From positions 248,001-300,637 of the forward strand of contig CT867999.1 in assembly GCA_000165425.1 (NCBI GenBank): a DNA stretch of 52,637 nt. Reading direction: 5' to 3'. This stretch comes from Paramecium tetraurelia. Lineage: Eukaryota. This document shows positions 11,414-23,798 of the stretch, piece after piece. The number at the start of each line of letters is the position of its first letter. Position 1 is the first letter of the stretch. Both the position numbers and the translations under genes were made by a program. The notes below the pieces were generated by a model. It was not told the DNA's origin, made no database searches, and saw nothing but the letters and a program-made list of their open reading frames with translations.

Positions 11414-13193
11414 TCAGATATCAACTCTATTTTCTTAAAGACTCAAATCGTTAAATGAACTAACTTATTGTATCTAAAGAATTGATGTTTACTTCTATGC
11501 TTTTTGATTGTCATTTGTTTCAAAAATCATTTTGACATCCTTATCCAAAAGACTTAAAATACTTTGGTTTATTTTTTAATATTTTTTATGAGTGCTTTCT
11601 TTAATCATAGTATAAGAATTGAAGGCCTAAATTATCTCCTCTTCAAAGGAAAGTTTATTCAAATCGTATTAATTTTGATTAATACTCTCTTTCATTTTTT
11701 CTCTGGCTCCTAATTAGATTTTTGGCTTGTGTATAAAATTAAACAATATTTGCTAATCCTCATTTAACAATATTTTCTTCAATTTGTCAATTTCGATTAA
11801 TTTATTAATAATATAGATAATATCGATTTAGTTGTAGATTGACTCAATACTTTATTAAATTAATTGTCTATCAGGCCCACACGTAAATAAATATTGATAA
11901 ATATATAACTTAATTTATTAGGCTTTTAATTTAAAGTATTTTTTTAACTAAGCCAATTAACTTGAATTTACAAGTCCTTCAGATTACCCTAAACCTTGCA
12001 CTTAAGGAACGATCTTTTATTAACCATGAGATTTTTCAAAGTAAAATATTTCTGATGCTAAAAATAAGTCACAAGAAAGTTTGTTAAATGGTTTGACAAT
12101 TGTTCCTACCAAAAATAACATTAATTCTAATAGCCCACCCATTTAGCCAAGAATATCTAATATATTATTATAGGTTCTGTAATATTCGGCTTCTCTATCA
12201 TCAAGATACAAGGTAATGTCAATAAATTGAGGTTACTGGATATTAAACACTTACTCAGACTGCCTTTCAAATAATAAAGTTTTATATTCTTTATTATTCT
12301 CAAAATAATAAAAAAAGTTCTCCTTATTATAAAGTGTTGATTTTCTCATCCACACAGTCATTGACTTGTATTGATAGGAAGATATAGAACTACTTATTAG
12401 TTTTGATACTAAAGAAAAAGGATTATTGGCTTTCTACTGATTCAAAACTGAATCTGAAACAAAAAACCCCAAGTATCCTTGAGTTAATTTTTTATCAATA
12501 TATTCTGGGGAAGCACATTCTACATAGAATTAAAAAAAAATTACTTCCTCCAGATGTTACATTGTTACATTTCTCAATTTTAAATTAGAGGCTTTTAAAA
12601 ATTGGGCTTTGTGGAGTGCCCTAGAGTGATAATGAAATTGAATTCAGATCTTGAGGATCAAGACAAACACTTGAACCTAATAAAGCTTTTGAAATGTTTA
12701 ATTATTCCTATATTTAGGTATTTATTTGCACTGTTGCACAAGATTTTAACGTAAAATTATTACAACTATTGTGAATTTGGTTGTCTGAATCAGTGATTCT
12801 TGAACAAGCTTACATTGTAGCTGTATAAACTAGCTAGTCAGGTTTCTAAACGATGGGTATTCCGTAACTATCGGACAAAACTATGTAAAAGATGAAAGAG
12901 TCTTATTCCAGTTTGTATTCCTATGTTGAAATAAAATAAATTTAAATTACATCAGGAAAAGCTTAATATTGAATATTCTAAAGAACATTAGGACTCTTAC
13001 GCTCTATCATTTCAATTACTAAAGATAAGAAGGAATAGTAGATAAGTGTTAAAATCCCAAGACTCATTAGCATTCCAAAAATTGTATGATATTCATTTTC
13101 TTTTTTGATTTATAAGTTAATTTGAGATCCAAACATATCGATATTTAATAGTAATTTTCTTAAATTCTTCAGAAACAGGCTACAAAATTTCAT
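11414..13193 (-). CDS. Ciliate-expanded two-transmembrane protein with a large Cys-containing loop (DEG/ENaC-like topology)
   Basis: N-terminal IDMFGSQINL...YHTIFGMLMSLGILTLIYYSF (TM1), long loop, then YYRTYNNILDILGQMGGLLELMLFLVGTIVKPFNK (TM2) and a C-terminal PKPK-type cytoplasmic motif. Confidence 0.7.
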
Positions 13194-13493
13194 AAGTTTT
13201 CCAATAATTTATTTAAATACTATCTTAATTTTTATCAAACTAACTTAATAAATATATATCTTCTGTTATAATGTCATCAGAAACGAGAATAATTATCAGT
13301 AACATTTCTAACATTCAAATCGAGCATAAATAACAAAACCTGGAGAGGTAGGGAATTGTTCTCGTTGCAAGTTGAATACGTCATGATAAAATAGAATTTC
13401 ATGGAGTACAAAGAAATTTTATAAATTATAAAGTCACAATTATTACAATTACATATTATAATACAAAATGACGACATTATTAATTATAATTTT

Positions 13494-14760
13494 ATGTTTA
13501 GATTGAATTAGTTGGCTGGACAATTTAAGGAAGTCAAGTTCCTAGCAGATCCACTTGAATATCTTCGATTGTATGACATGCTTGAAAATGACGAAAAGGA
13601 TATTTGTTTTGCTGTTCGTAAATTTGCATAGGAAAAAGTATGAGGAATCAATTAATTAGGCGGCACCAACAATCAATAAGTATGTTGAGGCAGCGGAATT
13701 TCCCACAGAGATTGTCGAAGCTTTAAAACCATTGAAATTGATTCATAAAACCAACACATACGTCAAAACTGGTTTAGCTTATTTAGAATTAGCCAAAGTT
13801 GATGCTGGTCTGTCAACATTCTATTTATTAATGTAAGAATCGAAAACGATTGATTAGTTCATCATTGGTACCTCATAGTATTGAAACATTTGGTTCAGAG
13901 GATTAAAAATAGAAATACTTAACTAGGATCAAGGATATGGATATTTTGGGAGGATGGGCACTAACTGAAAGGGAGTATGGATCTGATGCATCAAGTCTAT
14001 AAACCACTGTCAAGAAGGTATAGGGAGGATACTTATTGAATGGCAACAAGAGATGGATTGGAAATGGAAATAAGGATATTTTAGTTGTTTGGGCCAGAAA
14101 TGCTGAGAATAATAACATAGAAGGATTTATAGTGGAAAACAAATGGGCTGGAGTTCATGCCGAACCAATCAAACATAAGTTAGCATTGAGAATAGTTTAA
14201 AATTGTTAAATCACATTTAAAGATGTGTTTATACCTGATGAAAATAGGATGCCAAAAGCTAAAGACTTTTAGAATGGTGTAACTTAGGCTTTGTAGCATT
14301 CAAGAGTAGGAGTACCTTGGATAGCTTTGGGAATATAAGCTGGAGTTTATGAGAATGTAGTTAAATTTATAACGAGAAGAAAATAATTTGGAAAACATAT
14401 TGCTGGATTTTAATTATAATAGGAGAGATTGACAAGGATATTGACAACATTCTAAGCCAGTTTTCTGATGGTTATACAGGTTTCTAGATTGGCATAGGAG
14501 AAGAAAGCAACTTTGGGATAGATTGCAGCTGTGAAAGCATGGGTTACTGATAAAACTAGAGAAGTGGCTAGATTGGGAAGAGAGATGATGGGAGGAGACG
14601 GAATCTTAGTTGAAAATTACTGTATTAAGGCTTTAACTGATGCTGAAGTGGTTTACACATATGAAGTAAATTATTAAATTTAGTAATTTCTTAGGGATCT
14701 TATGATATTAATAGTTTGATTGCTGGTAGGGAAATCACAGGTTTAGCTGCATTTAAGTGA
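13494..14760 (+). CDS. Acyl-CoA dehydrogenase-fold enzyme (ACX4 short-chain acyl-CoA oxidase / glutaryl-CoA dehydrogenase-like)
   Basis: [89 protein letters not shown]; three short introns. Confidence 0.92.
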
Positions 14761-14849
14761 TGTTCTAATATAGGAAATTATATATATTATTATTATTTTA
14801 AATTTCTAAGGATGATTACAATGAGAAAATAAATCATTAAATTATTATA

Positions 14850-16928
14850 ATGAATAAAAAGAGTAAAACTCCTTAACAATAATCTTAACCTTAAAATCAA
14901 CAAATAAACCTACCTTCTCCTTTGATGCAGCCGATGTCTTTGCAATCAGGACCATCTCCATCTTAACCGGATACTTCAGTATTAGATGAATCTGGTGGAG
15001 AGAGTGTAAAAGTTGCATTGCGAATTAGACCAATGAACTAATTAGAGTAAGGAAGAGGGGATGAATAATGCATAAAAGCAATATCAGATTCAAATTGTTA
15101 ACTCTATTATAAGTAATTCGCGATCTTAATTAGCAAAGAGGAGTAGCAAAATAATTTAGATTCAATTCAGTTTTGGATGAGAGGTGCACTTAATAAGAAG
15201 TGTTTTTGAAATGCAATATTTAAGAATTGCTAGATGCTGCTCTGGATGGATATTCAGCCACAATATTTGCATATGGTTAAACTGGATCAGGTAAAACTTA
15301 TACGTAAATTTTCAATTTTAATATTCAAGCATTTCTGGAGTTGAAGAACGTTTGGCTAGAGAAAAGTATATTTCTGATGAGTCTGAAGGCATCATTCCCA
15401 GAGCTACTAGATACTTATGGTAGATAATGGCACAAAGAGCAGAACAATTCTATGTGAAAGCCTCGTTTACAGAAATATACAACGAATAGTTGAGAGATCT
15501 GCTAAATCCTGCTTCTGGGATCTTGCATTGCAGATGGAATCTATAAAATGGATTCTTTGTTGAAGATTTGATGATTGTTGAATGCACATCATTCTCTGAT
15601 ATCCAAGCAGTATTGCATGAAGGAATGAGAAATAGAAAGTAAGGATCTCATGAATTAAACAAAGATTCAAGCAGATCTCACTCAATATTGACTGCTTATT
15701 TAATTGGAGAATAGAATATAGATGGATAAATCGTTAAAGTATAATATTATTTAATATTTATTATAGAGATATGGAAAGTTTTCATTTGTTGATTTAGCTG
15801 GTTCAGAAAGATTGAAGGAATCCAAATCCTAAGGGGATATGATCAAAGAAACTGGTAACATCAACAAGTCTCTATTCACTTTGGGTAAGGTCATCAAGTC
15901 TTTGAGTGACAAAAAGAACAAACTCCCTTACATCCCCTATAGAGATAGTAAATTAACAATGCTCTTGATGGATTCATTGGGGTAATATAAGTGATTTAAT
16001 ATTAACAGAGGAACTGCTAAGGCGTTGATGATTGCCTGTGTATCTCCTTCTGCTGCTTATTATGAGGAGACGTTGAGTACTATAAATTATGCCACTTCAA
16101 CTATGAATATCCAAAACAAACCAGTAATCTCTATGGGCGAAAAGGATTAAATTATATACAATCTCACCAGAGAGCGAGATTTGTTGAAGATGGAAAATCA
16201 GTATCTGAGGGAACAATTATAGAGGTAATGTTGATTGTTATTTAGATATACAAATGGATTACCTATAGAAATTCCCAATTTCAATGATAAGAATGGATAA
16301 AAGAAATAACTTCCTCCATTGTAATCTAGACCCATTAGTCATAATTAAATTCTCAATAGTTAACAAAATGGATTTGATCAATAGGTGAATTCCAATAATA
16401 GCAAGATTGATTTGCCAGTCAACAAAATTTTACATGAGTATTAAATGGAAATCAATAAATTAAAATAAGAAAATGATGAATTGAGAAATGCTCGTGATGT
16501 TTCTGTTAAGAATTATCATATTGTTATGAATGAAAATAATGCCTTGTAACTCAAGTTGGAGAATTTAGAATAGATTTTTATTGGCAATCCAATCACAAAG
16601 GGCGATCAGGATAAATCAAAGATTTAAGAAGAATATATGTCTAGTGCATTGTTGATAGAAAATAGCGATTTAAAAAAAAAAGTGGCATCTTTGGAAGAAA
16701 AAAATATGGAGTTGGCTTAAGTATGAAATTCAATTAAAAGTTTAGATAGCTAGGAAAAATCTTAATGGAAAGAGTAGTGACCCGAATGATTTACATGAAA
16801 TAGTTTAATTGAAACAAACAAATAATTAGTTATAATAACGTGTAGAATTTTTATAAGCAAGGGAAAGGGACTTACTCGAATAAATTATGAGATTATAAAG
16901 ACAACCAAAGGCTTATGCAGGATTTTGA
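14850..16928 (+). CDS. Kinesin motor protein (KIF12/kinesin-16-like) with a C-terminal coiled coil
   Basis: [23 protein letters not shown] (P-loop), [28 protein letters not shown]. The [13 protein letters not shown] segment suggests the KIF12 subfamily. Confidence 0.93.
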
Positions 16929-17304
16929 TAATAAATTATATTTTTATCTTTTCAAATACTTCAAAATTTGGATGGACTTACTCACATTTTTGTTCTATTG
17001 TATAATATTGACTATTTTTAGAAAATGGATGCTATCAATATTTATTACCAATTGGTTCTCTTTTCAGAATTTAAAAAGACAATTTATCATAAAATAAAAT
17101 TTATTCTTTATCATAAATTCATTTATCATGATTTTTAAATTACATCTTGTTTCCTCTAATTGTAATTGGAGACTGAAAATGTAGAAAGAGATTATAGATA
17201 AATATTTTTATATGTTTAATTGAATGGAAGAGAACAGTCTAGTTTCTCAAATGAATATTAAATAAATAAGATTCAATAATTAACAAGTCTGTTTAATTAT
17301 GTAT

Positions 17305-17926
17305 TCATTATTGGACAAGAAGCTCAAATGATTCTTCCTGGAATTAAATAGAAAGAGATTTCACAATTGGTGAAAATCCAACTGAATCCAAGTTTGAAAG
17401 ATTGTCACTCTCTAAATCAGATTCCTAAAATATGTAATAAATTTTACAGATGTAAATCCCTCTTAATCGAATGGATTCAGAACATTTTGAAGTTTTATCT
17501 TTTTTATCTTATCTAATAAATCGTTATAAAAATATACCTAAATTGATTGATTCATCATCAGAAAGGTCATATAATGATTATATTCGAATAACTTACAATA
17601 ATTGGGAGTTGTAAGAAAATATAATACTCTGGGATTGGTACCGAATTTATATTACTCTATTGTCACTGTCCTCCCAACTCACTTAATTGCCATTTCTGAT
17701 TATTGCTTTGAACTCGATAAGTTAGTCTATATTAGCACTATAATATACTTTCATTCACATCAACAGATATGCTACCAACCCAAAATGGATAAATATCTGG
17801 GTTTGTAGATAATTGAAGGCTATTTGAAGGGTTCCATAACCCTAACTCCTTGACACTTCCCACAATGCAAACAGACTCACATAGAGTAGTTTCACATCTA
17901 ACTTTAAAATTCAATTTAATTGCCAT
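17305..17926 (-). CDS. Small protein with an N-terminal CBM20 starch/glycogen-binding domain and an acidic tail
   Basis: LNFKVRCETTLCESVCIVGSVKELGLWNPSNSLQLSTNPDIYPFW...IEFKAII...VSWEDSDNRVI; three short introns; TGA at 17305-17307. Confidence 0.85.
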
Positions 17927-18418
17927 AAAACTGAGTTTTTCGAGAAATATTGATGTATTATTTTTAATATTTAAATCGAAAAAATGATCCTTAAGAATCA
18001 GCGATTTTTTCTAATATTTATAAAAAAAACTTATAAATTAATTACAGATAAGAAATCGAATTCTCTTTTGAATAATCTCTGTGATTTTAAATATATAACA
18101 ATTTTACTAGAAAGATAATTCGGATCCCGCTTCTAATTTTTTTCATTTAATCAAGCTTTTAAACAAAAATTAAAAAACGAGTAATTTCTTAAAAAAAATG
18201 ATAATTTAACATTTGATTATAAAATTTAAAAATTGCAAACAGTTAACTTTTTCAAAACTTAAGTTGAACTCATTCCTTAACCTTTATACACAGTTCAGTC
18301 TTCATTTTCTTGAGGAATTTTTAAAATCAATAAAAAAAACTTTATATTAATTAATTATAATATCATAAAATTTATGTTATATAAATATATATATATATTA
18401 CATAATTAACAAATTGTT

Positions 18419-20463
18419 TCACTTAATCAACGACTAAAAATACTCATTGGTCTTTAACAAAATATCAAATCTCATTCCCTTTTTCTAGTGGATATAATCA
18501 AATAATTTGATAAATTCTGTCCAACAATCTATGTAATGTTATAAATTATGATTTGCCATAAATTCTTATTTGGATTTCTTTTTTTTCAAAAATTAATAAA
18601 ATTCTTCATTATAATTATATTTTTTATAAAAAGGATTTTATTGACCAATATTTATAAATTGCTCAATAAGGCCACGTTAATTAAGCTCAAAATATAATCC
18701 TATTAATATTGCATCATACTGTTAACCGTAATTTTTACTTATACAACTGATAAAATCTCCAAAATAATCTAATTAACCTAATTTAGAAACACTATTAATC
18801 ACAAAAAATCTCAAAAGTAACAAAATCTTTTCATCTTCCTCTTAATAATGTTCAGACAAATTAATTAATTGTTTTGTTATCAAATTTTCCTTTTTATCTG
18901 CAAATGGTGCTATTATCTCATCATCCTTCTCATTTTATGGATTATAAAAGTGCCCAAATAAAATAGGTTTATAGGGTGTTTCCAATAATTTTAGATAAAT
19001 GAAGAAGGGAATAAAATATTGAGGTTTAGCATATGACAAAGCAGATGCATATAAAGAACCTTTTTAATTATCCAAATCAATTAAGCCTTATAAATGCAGA
19101 AATCTCAAATTTAAATTTAATTAAATCAGATCTGAATTTATTTATTATGATTGCTCACCAAGTTCAAATGAAGATTTTCTGGATGTCAATTTTAATGTCT
19201 TATAATAAAAATGAATTGAACGCAATAAGGTTGGGTTTTTAATTGTCTCTTTAAACAAATTAAAAGAAGTATTCAACTTGATTTAATTCTTTCCTTGGAA
19301 ATATCCAATATTCAATTTTTCAAAGGCCATCTAAGAAGGTTCAATAAATTCATATTCTTAGAATTCTAAAGGTTAAAGGAGAGACTGCTCTTTGTAGAAC
19401 AACCCTATTCCATTACTTTAAAACACCAAAATTTCAGTTGGTAATTAGATAGCACTGGCAGATGCAGTCTATAACCTCAGTTCATCAAAATTTATATCAA
19501 TGTATGGAGAATCTTTGATTTGTTGCATAAACTAAGTGATCTTAACTGGATCAACCAGAAAGTTAGCAAATTTTTAAACTCTCTATTATAGGGTGAGCTT
19601 TCCAGCAAAGAATTATTATCCAATATTGTAGAGAACATTAAATTAATCAGACCTTGGTAATTCTGAAAAAGGCTTTGTAAACTTTGTTTGGCTAAATTAA
19701 TTTAGAATTTGTTCATTATAGCCTATGCATTCATTACGAGTGCAATAGTCATGTAATTAATATAATTCTGCTAGAGAATCTAAACTTAATTAGGATTTAG
19801 CAGTTAATAGTTTTATGTCAATCCATTCGAAAGAGTTTTCGAAAATGTTTAAAATCAAATAATTTAATTCCTTGAAACTAAAACACTTCTCCAATAAGGA
19901 TATCTCTGCTAATATTCTAAACGATTAATAAGAGTAATTTACCCACTTATTAAATTGTTGGTAAAGAGATAGCGAATTTAACTTCCCGCATCTGGAACAA
20001 CTAAAAATTGGATTTGCAATTCTCTTAGCCAATCAATGATCATTCTTTTGGGTAACAAAGTATCAATAACAGCATCATTATATATTAATTCTCTGAACTG
20101 TGCTCTATATAGATTTGATAGTATCATTAATTTACTTATTTTTTTCTGATTAGCATTTCATTATAATCTTTGAATTTATTTTCTAATGGATTTACGATGA
20201 CAAAATAACAATTGGCGTGATATTATGTTCTTTTAGCATTTAGAAAAAGTTCACAACATTTAACTTTAATTCATCATAATTAATATCAAAGAGATTAGGA
20301 AACTTAATTACTTAATGAATTAAATAATCTTGATGAACCCCTAAATAACCTCCATTTAAAGTTTGCAATTGACTAGAATAAAATATACAAAATACTCTCT
20401 CTAGATGATATCAAACACTTCCATAATGTGTCTTAGCTTCTAATTGAGTCTATAAATATTCAT
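18419..20463 (-). CDS. PIN/XPG-fold protein, MKT1-like (probably nuclease-dead)
   Basis: LKEHNITPIVIL (XPG-N-like), LQIQFLVVPDAGSQIRYLFTNNLISGILAEI (XPG-I-like, without the EAD/DSD acidic residues), and a C-terminal CWTEFIKLF...LLKTNEYFQSLIK reminiscent of MKT1_C. Several short introns restore the frame. Confidence 0.5.
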
Positions 20464-20786
20464 GTATTAAAATAATATATTAATTATAAAATATTGTAAT
20501 TAGTTTTTATTCTTACTTTACCTAGTTTAAGATTTGAAAGTATAGCGATTATACCTGTAAATTATAAATGAACCTTAATTCTTGATTAATTGAAATTTGT
20601 AGGAACACCCACATTTAAATTCTAATTATATAGTCATCTCTACTAAATGATTATATACATATTAATGAATAGACTTTGAAATACCTCAAAAATTTTAAGA
20701 TTGTTTTAAACACAAAAACGCAAATTTGATTTTTTTATGAATAATTGTATATAAATATGGATTTGCGATATGATTATTAATTCATT

Positions 20787-23088
20787 TCAAGCAAATATTA
20801 ACATAATAGCCTCAAATTACATAATATTTGGCTCAGGTGATCCGAATAAATGATTTTTTGCATGTGCTTATCCATATTGACTAAATTAATAGGCATATCC
20901 TAAATTTGATGAACCTTTCTAAAAATCATTCATGATAATTATATCCTAATACCCATATTGTATCTGGGATTAACAAAATAACATTGTATAACTTTTGTCT
21001 TTTTAAGTATAAATTTCATCGTGAGTCTACGAAAATAAAAATGATTATTGCTATTCGTCAGTTTGCCAACTTCCACTTATTAAACATTAACAAGGTGAAA
21101 ATCCACCAAAAATATATTAAGTTCTTGATTTAAAAATCATTAATAAATTAGACTTTTTATTTATTCTACTCATCAACGCACTGAAAGTATTTTAATTACA
21201 ATTGTAAGAAGAATCTATCAAGTATTTTTTTTTAATGGTTCTTCTAGTTCTTTCTTCTATTTTTCTGTAAATTTTTTAGGCATAATCGTTTAACAGTATT
21301 CTTGTATCTCCTGTTGACCAAGACAACTCAGAAAATGAATAAGCTTGCTTTAGTTCTGAGATCTATTCTAAATACTGATTTTTATTCTGTGTTATTTGAT
21401 TTTTATTCTGTGCTAACAAATTATTAAGTTTTTCTATTTGAATTAAACCGTTTTCAATCTCAGTTTTCTATTTTTTATTAAGAAATTCCAAATCTGTAAT
21501 TTTCTTTTTATATTGATTCTCTAATAGTAATAATTTTTCATATTATTCTTTAGAAGTTTATAATTCATCAACATTCATTAAACTTTTCAATTTAGCTTGC
21601 CTCTCCTAGAGGATTATTAATACAAATCTTATTATAATAAAATTGAATCAGATTCTGTTTCCTGTTTTAGCTATGTTAAATTTTCAAGTTTTCCTTTTTA
21701 TTTTAATGCCTGTTCCTCTTATTCAAATTTCCTTAAAGAATTAAAGGAATTTTCAAAGAAGGAAAAATATTAATCTTAGATAGAGGATCTTTTAAGAAAT
21801 TCTAATATTTCTAGGTCATTTTGACTGGTATCTTTGCAATCATCACTATAATCTTGGGGCTCTAAATAAATACATGCATTAAAGTTTTAGAGCCATTACA
21901 TTTAATTTTCTACTAGTAAGTTTTCTTTAATTAACTCTTCTAATACTTTCTTTTGATTATCGAAAAATTGCCAATCTTCTTAATTTGAAATTTATTCACA
22001 TCTTTTTTATTAATCAGTTTAACCAAGAATTTTAACAATTTCATGAAGACTTTGTTTATCTTAATTTTATAATCTAGTTGTTTTCAATTTCTTAAGTTAT
22101 TCGTAATATTTAGGCTATTGTTTTAATTAATCATTTAAGGATTAAATCATTTTATTCAATTCATAATTATACTTTTCTTATAATTTTTTAATGAATCCAA
22201 TTGCTGAACCAAGTCTTGATTGCCGTTATGATCTTTTTTCGCTCTGATCTTTAATGTACTCATTCCATTTTTCTTCTGCCTTTATTAATGATATTGTTTT
22301 AGCAATAGCATTATTCCCTCTAATTAAAAGATCTTATGCACATTCAACACATAAAAATGGGTTTGTTTATTCAAATTCTGTTTGATTTAAGTTAAACATA
22401 ATAATCTCCATATTATGACTTTCACATATCAAATTTACTGCTGGGGTTCTCTAAAAATAAACTATATATTTACTTTTTGTTTATCATCAAACAATAAATT
22501 AATTTATTACTTCAGTTCGATTGTTTATATGCCTGTTTCTTCCTCAATTATTTATTCAGAATTCGATATTAATTATCTAAATTTCAGCATGTATTGGGAA
22601 AAATCATAAGTTTTTTTTAGATCTAAATCAGGAGAAGGAATAACAAATTTACCATCTTCCTCATAACAATTTTACAATAATTTAATACTATCATCCAATA
22701 TTGTAGGTTCAGGAACTTTTTCAATTTTTTATTATGTAGCTTTTAACTTTGACTCTATATAATTAAAAACACTTTAAATAGATTTTTAGAATCTTTCTTC
22801 AACTAATTTAAACTATGTTTATAATTTTGTAAAATAGTCTAACTTTTCTTAAGTTTGTTGATTATTAGTTTTCTGTAACTATTCATTTAAAATTTCATTA
22901 TTTTTGATTGCTTCTTCATAAAGAACAATCTTTTTAATTCCAATTTTCTCAATTAAACATTTCACACAATAGTATTTTTTTTGATCATTTTCTTTATTTA
23001 ACTCCTCTGAAAGGTCCACAGCAAGAATTTAATAACCTTTATGTTCATTTTTAATGCATTCCTTTACAACTCCTTCCTTCTGTATCAT
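20787..23088 (-). CDS. Family copy A: two Cys/His (B-box-like) modules, coiled coil, TLDc; one frame disruption at ~21601-21623
   Basis: CIKNEH...YCVKC and CESH...LCVEC modules; TLDc SNLLMIFKSRTQYIFGGFSPC...SFLFSQTHDEIY...HLFGSPEPNIMQFEAIML. Intron at 22451-22473. Read unspliced, the frame hits TGA at 21587-21589, but homology to copy C resumes in another frame and stays open to the end. Confidence 0.8.
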
Positions 23089-23798
23089 TTCTTAATAATT
23101 GAATATTTTCCATTCAAATTCTATTATTAATATTTAATAATAGAATCACAAATTTTATGGAATGGTAATTTTAACATAAAAATTATTTGAGCTTTTATTT
23201 GCAACTGATCTAAGGTAGTAGGATAACGAAGGCTTTGAAAAGAAACAAAATTAAAGCATAAGATCAACATTAATATTCAAAAAAAAATATATTCCTTTCG
23301 ATGTATATTAATTTTAATCTTATTCATCTATGTAAATAAGCAAATAAAATAAATGGATTTTTTTCTAAATTATAGAAATGATATCTTTTAATCTTAATGC
23401 ATGTTATATTTATATACAATTAAATATTCATATGGAGTTACTTTTTTATTAAGTAATAGGAATATTATATTGATTTCAAGCAATCAATATATCATTCTAT
23501 AATTTTAATGGCCTAGTTAATATGAGTAGATTATTTTGGTGTTAAAACTTAAACCATTACATTTAAGTAAATAATAATGAAAAGGGTTACTATTAAATTA
23601 ATATATAAATAAATAATTTCATACTATTAAAGAAAATAGCAAAATTTAATCAATATATAATTAACTCAAAGCAGATTAGTTAATTTCAAGACCATTTATC
23701 TAAGGACATTCAAATTATATCATCTATGACTCATAAATATTGTTGATTTAGATTGTTATTTATTATATAATTTGATATGATTGATTATAAATATGATT

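Noticed and set aside
13271..13375. Short ORF between the two-TM gene and the acyl-CoA enzyme
   Set aside because: About 34 codons, with no recognisable motif and no splice pattern that extends it.
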